Of a stretch of DNA of 64,000 nt, positions 14,512 to 25,249 are shown piece after piece; positions within the stretch are counted from its first letter, which is position 1; every line of letters starts with the position of its first letter. The notes below the pieces were generated by a model. It saw only the letters and a list, made by a program, of their open reading frames with translations. It was not told the origin of the DNA and ran no database searches. The stretch spans positions 49,779 through 113,778 of the IMG/VR virus record IMGVR_UViG_3300003155_000119. One strand, given 5' to 3'. A program made the position numbers and the translations under genes. The DNA is from a virus (lineage: Duplodnaviria > Caudoviricetes).

Positions 14512-16260
14512 ATGGCTGATTATGGTTTTTATGGTGGTCGAAGAGGTCAACCATTTATTCTAAGAACGAATTTTCCTTCTATTCAGGATATGATAGATGC
14601 TTTTTCTTAGGGGAAAGAATATACAGAAGTAAAATTTGATGAATATGTTATTATAGACACTGCGGACAAGGGTAATGACGACAATGGAAAAATCTATCGG
14701 CGCGGGTATGATTACACTAATGACATGGGCGGTGCTGAATATATATGCTAGATAAAAGGAAGCGGAGGCGCCAGTCCGCATTTATTACTTACTACTATTG
14801 ATAATATTAATTAGCTGAAATAGTAGCAAGATGTTTCATTCACCGGTGAAGGCGAGTACTCTTATACGGAGAATAATTTAGTTCCAGGTAAAGATGGTGA
14901 TTCATATAATGATTCCATTACTTGGGCCTATTGTTCAGTGAAGAATCCTGATGGAACTGATACTATCTCATACATAGGATTCACTTTCCCTTATACAGTA
15001 ATTGACTATGAAGCAGAAAGTGTTCCATATGATTATGAAGGTACTTTAGTTGAAAGACAAGACACAGCTGATCACCCTTTTTATGAGAAGTGGAAGTTAA
15101 AAATTCCTAGGGGCGCAAAAGGTGATACTATAGAAAATATTCGCGTCATAACTCCCACCGCGGAAAACGTACAAGATTATACTGGTAAAGATGATGACGT
15201 AGCTAATCAAAGACAAATTATAGTTTATGATTAGACCGCCTATGAAGAAAACACCCAGGGCGAAATTCAAACTTTATACCTAGGTGATTATAATATGATT
15301 CAAAGTCTTTCTATGGACGAGGACGGTCATATTACGATTCATTACACTCATGGAGAGGACTAGCTTATAACAGTAATTGCAAGATGGATTACTGCTGTTC
15401 ATTTATCAGAGACTGGTTAGCTGTCAATAGATTATACAACAGGAGAATCTACTTAGGTAGAAAATGTTATAAAATGGATAGACACTATTAGTTTATCTGA
15501 TGAAGGTAATTTAATAGTTACTTATAATGATGGAACATCAGACACCATCCAAGAAGGTATTAAGTGGATTACGGATGTTTCACTATCTGATAATGGAACA
15601 TTTAGAATAGAATTTGGAAATAATTTACCTGCATACGAAGCGACAATTAAATTCCCCACATTAGTAACTTTAGATACAGGAGATGAAGAAGGGGAAGGCT
15701 CTTAGAAAGTTAAAGTAACATATAATGATGGAACATCTCAAGAATTAGGCAATCCATTGAACTATATTATGCGGATGGTTCTAAATGAAGAGGATTATCA
15801 TATATTGGTGTTATTTAGCGACCCGGCTAAGAGACAATAGATAGTAGAATCTGGAGAAGCAAAATCTTATGACGGAAGAAACGACTGGTATGATTTAGGT
15901 GCTGTAAAAGAAGACTCTGGTATTCTCATAGGAATGAATTTAACATTAGACCATTTTACTGGCGGCACTTCAAATATAAGAATAATTAATTAGTTAAATC
16001 AGGAATATCCATCAGGACTCCCCTCCTCAGATGTTAATTTACATGGAAAAATCATTACCGTGGGTGACGCAGACGATGATAAAAAGTTCTTTGCTTTTGA
16101 TTACAATACTGATTCTTGGTATTATGTAGGAAACACATCTGCGGCAGGTCAGGTTACTTAGACTCAAGGTATTATAGTTGGGTACGAGGATGATGATGAA
16201 CTGATTTAGCAAGCGGAAGATTTGCCAGTCGGCACTGTTTGGATGATTGAGGAGGATTAA
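14512..16260 (+). CDS. Tail fibre/baseplate-attached protein, about 580 aa (TAG=Gln)
   Basis: AAGGAGG RBS; begins MADYGFYGGRRG; repeated (I/R/K)WI..(V/I).LS..G.L.(I/V).Y..G units; contains track ORF 14938-15234. Confidence 0.75.
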
Positions 16261-16264
16261 GTAA

Positions 16265-16507
16265 ATGAGTAAGAAAATTTAGTTAAAAGGCCCTTTCAAA
16301 GCCGAAACAGAATTGTTAAAAGATTTATATGAAAAAATAAATAAGATTAGTATTTTTTGTAAACCAGAACATCTTATCGTCATTAACGGAATGACATTCG
16401 AGATAGGAAAGACTGGAATGCTAGAAATAGAAGGGACTAATATTGAATCTTTAAAGTTCTAGCAAGACGAAGATGAAAATACTTATATAGACTTTTTAGA
16501 ATTATAA
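16265..16507 (+). CDS. Small protein paralogous to 59577-59861 (2 TAG)
   Basis: MSKKI(Q)LKGPF...VINGMTFEIGKTGMLEI...IESLKF..TYIDF aligns by eye with GQVLGPF...EINGVQIKIGKTGIYEL...IKSLKF..TIIDF. Confidence 0.75.
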
Positions 16508-16512
16508 AAAAT

Positions 16513-16618
16513 ATGCTCTGCGGTCAAAGGAAAAATAAGCCGCAGAGCATTTTATTTTCTGATATAATAAGAAGAACAAGGCACAGACGATACTTTATTC
16601 ATCTGTGCCTTTTATTTT
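16513..16618 (+). terminator. Two tandem intrinsic terminators closing the tail operon
   Basis: ATGCTCTGCGG/CCGCAGAGCAT (16513-16550) and AAGGCACAGA/TCTGTGCCTT (16578-16611), each followed by T-rich tract. Confidence 0.7.
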
Positions 16619-16738
16619 GTGTATCCTGTTAATTTTAATAAAATATATTAAAATTTGGTCAAAGAAAGTAAGGAAATTTTAATTAAAATTTATATATAGT
16701 GTAAAGACATGAAAGAAAGGAAGGTTAAGACAAAATTG

Positions 16739-17194
16739 ATGAATTATTATAATAATTATCCTTATAATTATAGCTTTGGAGTTAATCCATACCTCCAACA
16801 GTAGCCAAGTTATTCATATCAATAGGCGCCGGCCGCACCTAATAGCACTAATATACTAAATGGAAAAATAGTAGATAGTGAAGATATGGTAAAAGCAACT
16901 GAAGTCCCGATTGGCGGTTTTGGAATATTCCCCAAAGCTGACTTAAGTGAAATCTATATAAAGTCTTGGAATAATAATGGTACAACAAATTTAATAACTT
17001 TTAAGCCATATATTCCACCTGCCGCAGAACAAAATAATAATAGCAATAGCTTAGTTGACTTTACTATTGTTAATGAGATACTAGAAAAAGTTTCTGCATT
17101 GGAAGGGAAGATAGATACTATATTAAATATTAAAAGCAATGCTCCAGTCTCAATAGCACAATAGAAAGAAGGTCTTAAAGCAAATGGCTATTAA
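16739..17194 (+). CDS. Hypothetical protein, Tyr/Asn/Gln-rich N-terminus (gene 1 of six-gene operon; 3 TAG)
   Basis: Extends track ORF 16886-17164 both ways through TAG; LNGKIVDSEDMVKATEVPIGG..FPKADLSEIYIKSW. Confidence 0.75.
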
Positions 17195-17441
17195 TAATTT
17201 TGGAATGAATCCTATGCAATTATTTCAGTTCGTCCAAGCGCAGAAAAATCCCCAGCAATTTATGCTGAATGCTTTAAAGCAGGGAGGAAGTAATAATCCT
17301 GTTTTAGCAAATATTGTTAGTCTAGCGGAGCAAGGAAAAACTAATGAAATTGAATAGGTAGTAAGAAATGTCTTTAAAGAGAGAGGTCTTGATTTTGATA
17401 AAGAGTTTACAAGTTTCAAGCAATAGCTTGGAATAAAATAA
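17184..17441 (+). CDS. Hypothetical helical protein with NP(M/Q)Q motifs (gene 2; 2 TAG)
   Basis: MNPMQLFQFVQAQKNPQQFM...NNPVLANIV...RNVFKERGLDFD; ends TAA 17439-17441. Confidence 0.7.
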
Positions 17442-17470
17442 AGTAATAAAATAAACGGAGGTAAAGGTAT

Positions 17471-18331
17471 ATGTTTAATAATGCAAATGGTTATAGTCTA
17501 TCAGACATTGCGGCAGTTACGAATGCTGAATCCAATAGATGTTGCAATAACGGCAATGGATTTGGCTTTGATAATGGCGCCTGGTGGATTATTATCCTGT
17601 TCCTGTTCTGCTTTGCGGGATGGAGCGGCAACGGAATGTTTGGAGGCGGATTCGGTGGAAGTCCGACATACCAAGGCACAACAACTCGTGAAGAAATTGC
17701 TTACGGATTCGATATGAACGGCTTAGAGAACGGAATCCGTGGAATTTAGAACGGGCTATGTGATGGATTCTATAATATGAATACTAGCCTATTGACTGGC
17801 TTTAATGGATTACAAAATTCAATGAACCAAGGTTTCGCTGGATTAAATACTGTAATCAATAATTCCACTTCAAACATCCAGCAGGATTTAAATAGCATTA
17901 ATATTGCTAATATGCAGAATACTAATGCTATTACAGCTCAGTTAAATGCGCTTGGGACTCAACAAGCCGATTGTTGTTGCTAGACTCAAAGACAGCTGGA
18001 ACGCGGTTTCGCGGATTTGGGGTACAATCTTGCAACACAAGAATGCCAGACTCGTCAAGCAATAAACGACAGCACAAGAGACATAGTAGATAATCAGAAT
18101 GCTGGAGTTCGGTCTATCCTTGATTTCTTAACTCAGGATAAGATTGCAACTCTTCAAGCTGAGAATCAGAGTCTGAAGTTTGCGGCATCTCAAGCTAATC
18201 AAAACAACTATTTAGTTAACACTTTGCGGCCCTGCCCAATTCCTGCATATATTCAGCCAAACCCTTTCTGCAATTATGATTATTTAAGTCTATACAGAAA
18301 TGGTTGCTGCAATAATACCGGTTGCTGCTAA
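17471..18331 (+). CDS. Gly-rich membrane-anchored N/Q coiled-coil protein with Cys clusters (gene 3; 2 TAG)
   Basis: Joins track ORFs 17471, 17777, 18017 in one frame: GIRGI(Q)NGLCDGFY and ADCCC(Q)TQRQL; WWIIILFLFCFAGW helix; C-terminal PCPIPAY..GCCNNTGCC. Confidence 0.85.
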
Positions 18332-18363
18332 TTAAATAATAAGAATGGAGGAAAGATAAAAGT

Positions 18364-18786
18364 ATGGAAATTACTGCCAATGCTTTACAAACAGTAGAAG
18401 CAAACCAAAACGTTTTATTTACGGATACCGCAGTATGTGGTAGCTGCTCCATAATTCACAGAGATGGAAGCGGACTAGTCACTTTACGCGCGTTACCAAA
18501 TAATCAATGTAGAGCTAGATTCAGAGTGACCTTTGGCGGCAATATTGAAGTTCCAACAGGCGGAACATTAGGTCCTATATCTTTAGCTATTGCGGTTAAT
18601 GGAGAGCCAGTTGGTGCTACCACTATGATTTCAACCCCGGCCGCACTAGAAGAATTAAATAATGTATTTAGTAGTGTTTTCTTAGATGTCCCTATTGGAT
18701 GTTGCTCTCAAGTGAGTGTTAAAAATACTAGCTCTTAGTCTATTGGTGTATAGAATGCTAATTTGATTGTAGAAAGAGTTGCTTAA
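18364..18786 (+). CDS. Beta-rich protein, possibly BclA C-terminal/C1q-like (gene 4; 2 TAG)
   Basis: All-beta pattern; read-through gives SVKNTSS(Q)SIGV(Q)NANLIVERVA then TAA; fold call is tentative. Confidence 0.7.
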
Positions 18787-18802
18787 GGAGGAGGAATAAA
18801 GT

Positions 18803-19396
18803 ATGGAAAGATTAAAAAACATGAAAGAAACTCTTCTGTCAGCAGCTCAATCATAGATGGGGAATCTTGCGGCTGCCGATACAAAAGAGTTAGGTCAAGT
18901 AATTGATATGATAAAAGATTTAGAGGAAGCAATTTATTATTGTTCAATTACAGAGGCTATGAAGGAAAACAAAGAAAAAGAGAAGTATAGTCAAATGTAT
19001 TATCAGGAGAGATATTTGCCAATTCCAATGATGAATGAAATGTATCAAAGAGATATGGATAGAAATAGCTATGGAAGAATGTATTACCCAGACCGCATAA
19101 TGAACAATAGAGACGAATCTACTAATAGAGGTGGTTCTCGCTATTATACGGAAAGAGATTGGGATACATATCCAATTAATACAAGAGACAGTAGAGAAGG
19201 ACGAAGTCCTTTAAGCCGAAAAAGCTATATGGAAGCCAAAGAACTACATCAAGGTAAAGAGATACAGATGAAAGAACTTGATAAATATATTCAAGAACTA
19301 GGTCATGACATTACTGAGATGATTCAAGATGCTTCGCCAGAAGAGAAACAAATGCTGCAACAGAAGATTAGTGCTTTAGCCACTAAAATAAAATAA
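18803..19396 (+). CDS. Hypothetical protein (gene 5; 1 TAG)
   Basis: AAGGAGGAGG RBS, ATG 18803; ELGQVIDMIKDL, REGRSPLSRKSYMEAKE, EMIQDASPEEKQML. Confidence 0.8.
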
Positions 19397-19405
19397 TAAA
19401 ATGAA

Positions 19406-19729
19406 ATGTTTAATATTAATGGTGAAGAATGGCGCATAGTCTCTGTTTCATCTAATCATCCAAAACTATATAGAAGCAACGGTTCTTTAGCTGTGGCAAC
19501 GTGCGATGACAATAGCAAAACGATTTATTTAAATAATACTTTAAAAGGTAAATTCTTGAAAAAAGTTCTATGCCATGAAATTACTCATGCGGCAATGTTT
19601 TCTTATAATGTAGATTTGACTATTGATTAGGAAGAATTGCTAGCAGATTTAATTGCTACTTATGGAGAGGAAATTATTCAAATTACTAATAAAGTATTCA
19701 GACGTATGAGAGGAAGATTCTTATTTTGA
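19406..19729 (+). CDS. Small HEXXH zinc metallopeptidase-like protein (gene 6; 1 TAG)
   Basis: VLCHEITHAAMF followed, through TAG, by ID(Q)EELLAD providing a candidate third zinc ligand Glu. Confidence 0.75.
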
Positions 19730-19755
19730 CGGAGGAATCTTCCTCTCTTTTATTT
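19708..19755. terminator. Intrinsic terminator at the convergent strand switch
   Basis: GAGAGGAAGATTC/GAATCTTCCTCTC perfect 13-bp stem followed by TTTTATTTT on +. Confidence 0.75.
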
Positions 19756-19762
19756 TATTTAA

Positions 19763-20263
19763 TTATTCCCAGTTGTATTCAGAATTTTCTTTTAATACTT
19801 GACTATATGCAATTAAAATAGCATCTGCTTCATCATCATTAACGTCTTTCCCAAATTTATCTTTTACAAATTTAATGTCTGCGGCTTTCAGTTCTGCACG
19901 TTTTATACCGCGTCCCGTATGTATCCCGACGGCAGCCCGCCACGAATTAGGCATTATATATTCTATTTCAATACTAGGAAAATTATCATGTACCATTATT
20001 GCTATTGCTCCTTGTAACCACATAAGAGCTTTATGTGTTTTAATGTTTCCTTTAGTATTTTCTGGCAATACTTCTTCTAAAATAATTTTATCTATATCAG
20101 GATTCTATCTAATTGCTTCCTCTATTGAATCAACCATCTTATGAATTCTTTTAATTAAATCAGAAGAGGTCGCGCCACAAAATCCAGAGTACACTAGCTT
20201 CTATCCATCAAAGACTGCAATTCCGCTCATCTTGGAGCTTCCATCAATTCCCATTATTTTCAT
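19763..20263 (-). CDS. ruvC: RuvC-like Holliday junction resolvase (2 TAG)
   Basis: N-terminal MKIMGIDGSSKMSGIAVFDG recovered only through TAGs at 20201-20203 and 20105-20107; ILEE, LQGAI, NDDEADAILI motifs. Confidence 0.85.
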
Positions 20264-20369
20264 ACTATCACCCCCTGTATATAGTGTAGCACAAAAAATA
20301 TTATAAAACAAGAGCAAAAAGAAAAAGAGCTGAAACAAATCAGCTCTTTCATATCTTTCATTTATTCAA

Positions 20370-20801
20370 TCACTTAACTCCAGTAGAACCAAATCCGCCT
20401 TCTCCGCGTTCAGTATCTTCCAAAGAATCTACTAGTTGAAAATCTGCGGTTACATAAGGCATTATAATAAGTTGACAAATTCTTTCTCCACGCTGAATCG
20501 TTTGCGGCAAGTCCGTGTCGTTGTGCATTGGGACTAGTATCTCTCCACGATAATCTGAGTCCACCACGCCGATGCAATTCGCCAACCGCAGGCCGCGTTT
20601 AGAGGCAATACCAGAGCGAGGGAAAAGTCCGCCAAAACATCCGCCAGGAAGTTCCATTGCAAGGCCGGTATGAATCATTGTAGTGCAGTGGGGTGCAATC
20701 AGAATATCATCAGACTCGGCCGCATAAATATCATAACCTGCGGCACATGAGCTTCCGCGAAGAGGCATTTGCGCATAATCATTTGTAAATTTAACTTTCA
20801 T
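20370..20801 (-). CDS. dut: dUTPase
   Basis: AGYDI, PRSG, GVVDSDYRGEI, ERICQLI, RGEGGFGSTG motifs. Confidence 0.95.
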   Translation of the reverse strand: MKVKFTNDYAQMPLRGSSCAAGYDIYAAESDDILIAPHCTTMIHTGLAMELPGGCFGGLFPRSGIASKRGLRLANCIGVVDSDYRGEILVPMHNDTDLPQTIQRGERICQLIIMPYVTADFQLVDSLEDTERGEGGFGSTGVK

Positions 20802-20807
20802 CTATTG

Positions 20808-21056
20808 TTATTTCACCTCATAATTGATATCGACTTCATTCAGAGGCTCTTTAAGTTCGTTGAAGGCTTTATTTAAGCTAACTTTAAAGTAGGTATCGAC
20901 GATTTCACCTTTCAGTTTTATATCTTTCTTCTCTGTTGTATACTTCAGCAAATCAAATTTATCGTCTGTTTTTGCGTCTTGAATCAACTGCTCTGCCTCT
21001 GCTTCACTGTCTACTCGATAAATTTCAGTTGTACTAATCAAAAATTTCATAATCAA
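20808..21056 (-). CDS. Hypothetical protein
   Basis: Intact ORF tightly packed in operon. Confidence 0.65.
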   Translation of the reverse strand: MIMKFLISTTEIYRVDSEAEAEQLIQDAKTDDKFDLLKYTTEKKDIKLKGEIVDTYFKVSLNKAFNELKEPLNEVDINYEVK

Positions 21057-21325
21057 AATACCTCAATTTCTAAATTATTTTTATTATACGTTGCCATTTC
21101 TTTTTCTTTAATCTTTTGAACAATTTTTTCTGTAAATTTCTTTGGGCCTACAATAGTTATTTTGCTAAAATCTTCATAATGGCCGTCTGTAGTAATGATA
21201 CCAAAAATATCGTTTGGTATATTAGAAACTGTGCTATTTACAGAAGCAAATTTATGACCATTTTCGTATCCCTCGACTTTCTGTGTCATAGCAAAAGGTT
21301 GAATCATTACAATAATCTTCTTCAT
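21053..21325 (-). CDS. Hypothetical protein
   Basis: Intact ORF, overlaps neighbours by 1-4 nt. Confidence 0.65.
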   Translation of the reverse strand: MKKIIVMIQPFAMTQKVEGYENGHKFASVNSTVSNIPNDIFGIITTDGHYEDFSKITIVGPKKFTEKIVQKIKEKEMATYNKNNLEIEVF

Positions 21326-21783
21326 TATATCTCAATTACTCCTTCGTTGTAAGGAAATAGATAATAACATAGCATACCTTTTTCTGCGTCCTTCAACCAA
21401 ATTTCTATAGCATAATTATCTTCTGTATTTTCTATACTATAGACTTTTCCTCTGTTCTTTAAACAAATCCTTAATTCATCACAAGCTATAAGAATTGGTT
21501 CGTGAAAGTCTAAATAATTGCGAACATTGAACAAGGTATAGTTATTATCTTCTTTACACAATAGCATAAAGTAACAATTATCAAAATCTTCTTTATTTAT
21601 TCTCTATTCAATATTTTTTTTGAAGAAAGGGGCCACAATGTAATCTAAAGCATCATATAGATTTTCATCTGTCATAGGATTTTCTGTCTATTCTATTATC
21701 TATTTATTTAAATCATATAGAGTTGCTCCGCTTATTTTTGTTTTTTCACTTTTCTAAAACTCTTTAATTTTATTATTTGTCAT
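21325..21783 (-). CDS. Hypothetical protein (4 TAG)
   Basis: AAGGAG RBS and ATG at 21783 in frame with track ORF 21325-21567 through four TAGs. Confidence 0.7.
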
Positions 21784-21833
21784 AGGCTTTGCTCCTTCAC
21801 CTTTTTATTTTATTATAGCATAAAATAATATTT

Positions 21834-22478
21834 TTAACAAATATTTTCTTTCTCTTTATAAAGAGCAAGTCTTTCTTTTATTTTCCCTAGCGTTATTTCT
21901 TCAATCTTTTGCTTTAATATATTATCTATTTTGTCAAAATATTCTATAGCTATTGGATTTCTGCTAATAGTTTGAAGTCCAAAGTATTCTTCTGCTGTTT
22001 TTCTACACCATATGGCCTCTTGTAGAGTTTCAAAATGTGGAAAATAAAATCTTTTTTTATTAAAATAAAAATCTACTGTATAGCTATGCCAGTTAGGATG
22101 GTATGTTATTCCTCTTATTTGAGTTTTACTTTCCTTTCTAACATTTACATTCTAAATATTTTTCAATCTAGTGACAATTCTTAAATTTGATTTTCTATTA
22201 TCAAAAGAATTGCTGCTTATGTGGTCAATCTCACACCCATCTGGAACTTCTTTGTTTAAAATATATTTATGTAAATAAATTTGTTTTTGTCCATTTTTGC
22301 TTTGTCCAGTAACAGCGTATACTTTATTCTTTTTATGGCTAGTTCTCCAGTGATATTTTTGAACTCTTTCGATATCATCTGTATCAATTATAAAATCATA
22401 CCAGATATCTTTATACTAAATTTTTAGTATGCAATACTCTTCTTGTTGAATATATTGATTTGAATCTTTTTTATACAT
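21834..22478 (-). CDS. Free-standing HNH endonuclease with AP2-like C-terminal domain (2 TAG)
   Basis: IYLHKYIL...EIDHISSNSFDNRKSNLRIVT HNH motif, then RGI..H...F.TLQEAIWCRKTAE; absent from ORF track. Confidence 0.85.
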
Positions 22479-22956
22479 TATTTGTTAAAACTCCTCGCTT
22501 AGTTATTCTTTGATTAGTAGACCCTCTAAGTTTTAAAGTTATATCTCGCTTTTCTTCAAGGTATGGACCGTCAATTAAAATATCTATCAAAGGAAGAATT
22601 GTTTTTTGTTCCTCATTAAAATTTTCTAATACATACCCAGTCCATAAATATATCTTTATATCAGGATAAGTATTTCTTACTTTTTTAACGATATAAATAG
22701 TATTATTTAAATTTTGTGCGGCTAAAGGCTCGCCACCTAGAATAGAAAAACTCCTTGCTATTCCGTTTTCTCTTAATGCGGTGATAATCTTACTAACTAA
22801 TTCATCTCTGTCGATTTCTTGACCACCATTAAAATCCCAAGTTTCTTGATTGTGGCACCCTTTGCAGTGAATAGGGCATCCTTGGCACCAATAAGAAACA
22901 CATATCCCATTTTCACAATCTACTATATCATTGTATTTTAAAGCTGCATATCTCAT
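22471..22956 (-). CDS. nrdG: Anaerobic ribonucleotide reductase activating enzyme
   Basis: Radical SAM CPIHCKGC, LGGEP, DILIDGPY, LRGSTNQR; start reassigned to MRYAAL. Confidence 0.92.
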   Translation of the reverse strand: MRYAALKYNDIVDCENGICVSYWCQGCPIHCKGCHNQETWDFNGGQEIDRDELVSKIITALRENGIARSFSILGGEPLAAQNLNNTIYIVKKVRNTYPDIKIYLWTGYVLENFNEEQKTILPLIDILIDGPYLEEKRDITLKLRGSTNQRITKRGVLTNNV

Positions 22957-22969
22957 TTTTTTATTTCTC

Positions 22970-25126
22970 TCACCAATCAATATGAAGAACTCGTTCTTTA
23001 ATTTCTTCTGTGCGACCTTGATTCCAGAAATTAGTTCCGATGTATCCACAAGTCCGTCTAGCAACACTCATCTTATCTCGGTCCCGATTTCCACAGTTTG
23101 GACACTCCCAATACAGATGACCAGGTTCTCCTTTGATTTTAATCTCGCCGGAATAGCCACAACATTGACAATAATCAAATTTGCTATTTATTTCCGCATA
23201 CATAATATTATCATAAATGAACTTAAGAATTTCCAGCACTGCGGGAATATTATTACTCATATCTGGAACTTCTACATAGCTAATTGCGCCTCCCGGAGAA
23301 AGTTTTTGAAATTCAGATTCTAACTTCAATTTAGTAAAAGCATCAATTTTTTCTCTTACATTCACATGATAAGAGTTGGTGATATAATCGTGGTCGGTTA
23401 TTCCCGAAATAACCCCAAACCGCTCTTTTAAACATTTTGCAAATTTATAAGTAACACTCTCGATAGGAGTACCATAGACGCTATAATCAATATCCTCTTC
23501 TTTTTTCCATCTGGCGCACGCATCATTTAAGGTTTGCATTACGGATAAAGCAAATTTTTTACCTTCTTCTGTGGTATGAGAGACACCGAGCATCGCCATT
23601 GTACATTCATAAAGCGCAGCATATCCTAGGCTGATAGTGGAATATCCATGATAAAGTAGTTCATCTATTGTATCATCTTTATTTAGTCTTGCTATTGCCC
23701 CGTTCTGCCATAAAATAGGAGCTACCTTAGATGATACGCCTACCAGTCTATTATGCTTACATTTTAATGCCTTATGACATAATTCAAGGCGCGAGTCAAG
23801 AATAGTCCAAAATTTATTCATATCTCCTTTTGAACTTAATGCCACGTCAGCTAAGTTAATGGTAACGACACCTTGATTGAATCTTCCGTAGTATTTATGT
23901 TCACCCTCTTTATAGTTTAATGCATGAGCATAATTCTTAGTGGTGCGGTCTGTAGTTAAGAAAGAACGGCATCCCATGCAGGTGTAAATATCTCCGCCTT
24001 TCAACTCTCTTTCGACTTTATTAGAAATATAATCAGGAACCATTCTTTTAGCTGTGCATTCTGCGGCTATTTTCGTTAAGTAATAATACTTACTGTTTGG
24101 ATAAATATTAATTTCATCAAGAGCATAAATAAGTTTTGGAAAAGCTGGAGTGATATATACTCCTTTTTCGTTTTTCACTCCTTTAATGCGTTGGCGAAGA
24201 ACCTCCTCGATAACAAGAGCTAAATCCTCTCTAGCCGGACCGTCGGGAACTTCATTAAGATTCATATATACAGTAATAAATGGCGCCTGTCCATTTGTCG
24301 TCATCAAAGTAATAATTTGATATTGAAGAGTTTGTACGCCAGCACTAATATCATTTTTTACCATCTGCTCTATCATCGCATCTGCCGCAGTCGGATAATC
24401 TTTTTTAAACTTTTGACGAGAGCTCTCAACAAACGGACTCAAATGAGCTAGACTAATAGATTGACCTCCGTATTGGCTAGATGCGACTTGGGCAATAATT
24501 TGAGTGGCAATATTGCACGCAGTAGAAAACTTATGCGGCTTGTCTATTTTTGTTTTACTAATTATAGTTCCATTTTGCAACATATCTTCAAGATTAATTA
24601 AGCAACAATTATAAATAGGTTGCAATATATAATCTAAATCATGAACATGAATAAGACCTGTATCATGAGCTTCTACAACGTCTTGCGGCAAGATTCTACG
24701 TCTTGCAATGTCAGTAGACACTGCGCCTGCTACATAATCTCTTTGAGTTGTAACTAATTGAGCATCCTTATTAGAATTTTCTGTCATCCAATATTCATTA
24801 GAATTATTTACTATTTCATCAATAGTTTTATCGATGGTGTTCTGCCTAGCATTATCTCTTTGTTTTCTATAAAGAATATATGCTTTAGCAACGTCTTTTC
24901 TCTTTAGACTCATTAAGCCGCGCTCTACATAATCTTGTATTTCTTCTACGCTCAATTCGTCTTTAGAGGTAGAAATAGAAGCAATATAATCTGCAATATT
25001 TTGAGCCTTTATGCTTGCATAATCAGTAATTTCGCCATCAACGACCAGAAAAGCTTTTAATATAGCATTTATAATCTTCTCCTTGTTAAATTGGACTATA
25101 CGTCCATCTCTTTTTAATACATTCAT
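22970..25126 (-). CDS. nrdD: Anaerobic (class III) ribonucleoside-triphosphate reductase
   Basis: ATP cone VLKRDG, NCCL, MGCRSFL, glycyl-radical RRTCGYIG. Confidence 0.97.
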   Translation of the reverse strand: MNVLKRDGRIVQFNKEKIINAILKAFLVVDGEITDYASIKAQNIADYIASISTSKDELSVEEIQDYVERGLMSLKRKDVAKAYILYRKQRDNARQNTIDKTIDEIVNNSNEYWMTENSNKDAQLVTTQRDYVAGAVSTDIARRRILPQDVVEAHDTGLIHVHDLDYILQPIYNCCLINLEDMLQNGTIISKTKIDKPHKFSTACNIATQIIAQVASSQYGGQSISLAHLSPFVESSRQKFKKDYPTAADAMIEQMVKNDISAGVQTLQYQIITLMTTNGQAPFITVYMNLNEVPDGPAREDLALVIEEVLRQRIKGVKNEKGVYITPAFPKLIYALDEINIYPNSKYYYLTKIAAECTAKRMVPDYISNKVERELKGGDIYTCMGCRSFLTTDRTTKNYAHALNYKEGEHKYYGRFNQGVVTINLADVALSSKGDMNKFWTILDSRLELCHKALKCKHNRLVGVSSKVAPILWQNGAIARLNKDDTIDELLYHGYSTISLGYAALYECTMAMLGVSHTTEEGKKFALSVMQTLNDACARWKKEEDIDYSVYGTPIESVTYKFAKCLKERFGVISGITDHDYITNSYHVNVREKIDAFTKLKLESEFQKLSPGGAISYVEVPDMSNNIPAVLEILKFIYDNIMYAEINSKFDYCQCCGYSGEIKIKGEPGHLYWECPNCGNRDRDKMSVARRTCGYIGTNFWNQGRTEEIKERVLHIDW

Positions 25127-25182
25127 TGTTTTTATCCTCCTAATTAGATAATTATTTTAAGGTTGATAACTTATACATAATA

Positions 25183-25211
25183 ATTATACCATATATAATT
25201 GTTAAAGTCAA
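25183..25211 (-). promoter_or_regulatory. sigmaA-type promoter for nrdD
   Basis: TTGACT-17-TATAAT with extended TG. Confidence 0.7.
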
Positions 25212-25249
25212 TAGGCTTAACAATATATATGGTTTTTGTAGAATTTATA

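Noticed and set aside
1-19729. Interpreting the fragmented + strand as pseudogenes of a decayed prophage
   Set aside because: The interruptions seen are TAG, with no frameshifts and with intact RBSs and stop/start overlaps; random decay would also give TAA, TGA and indels
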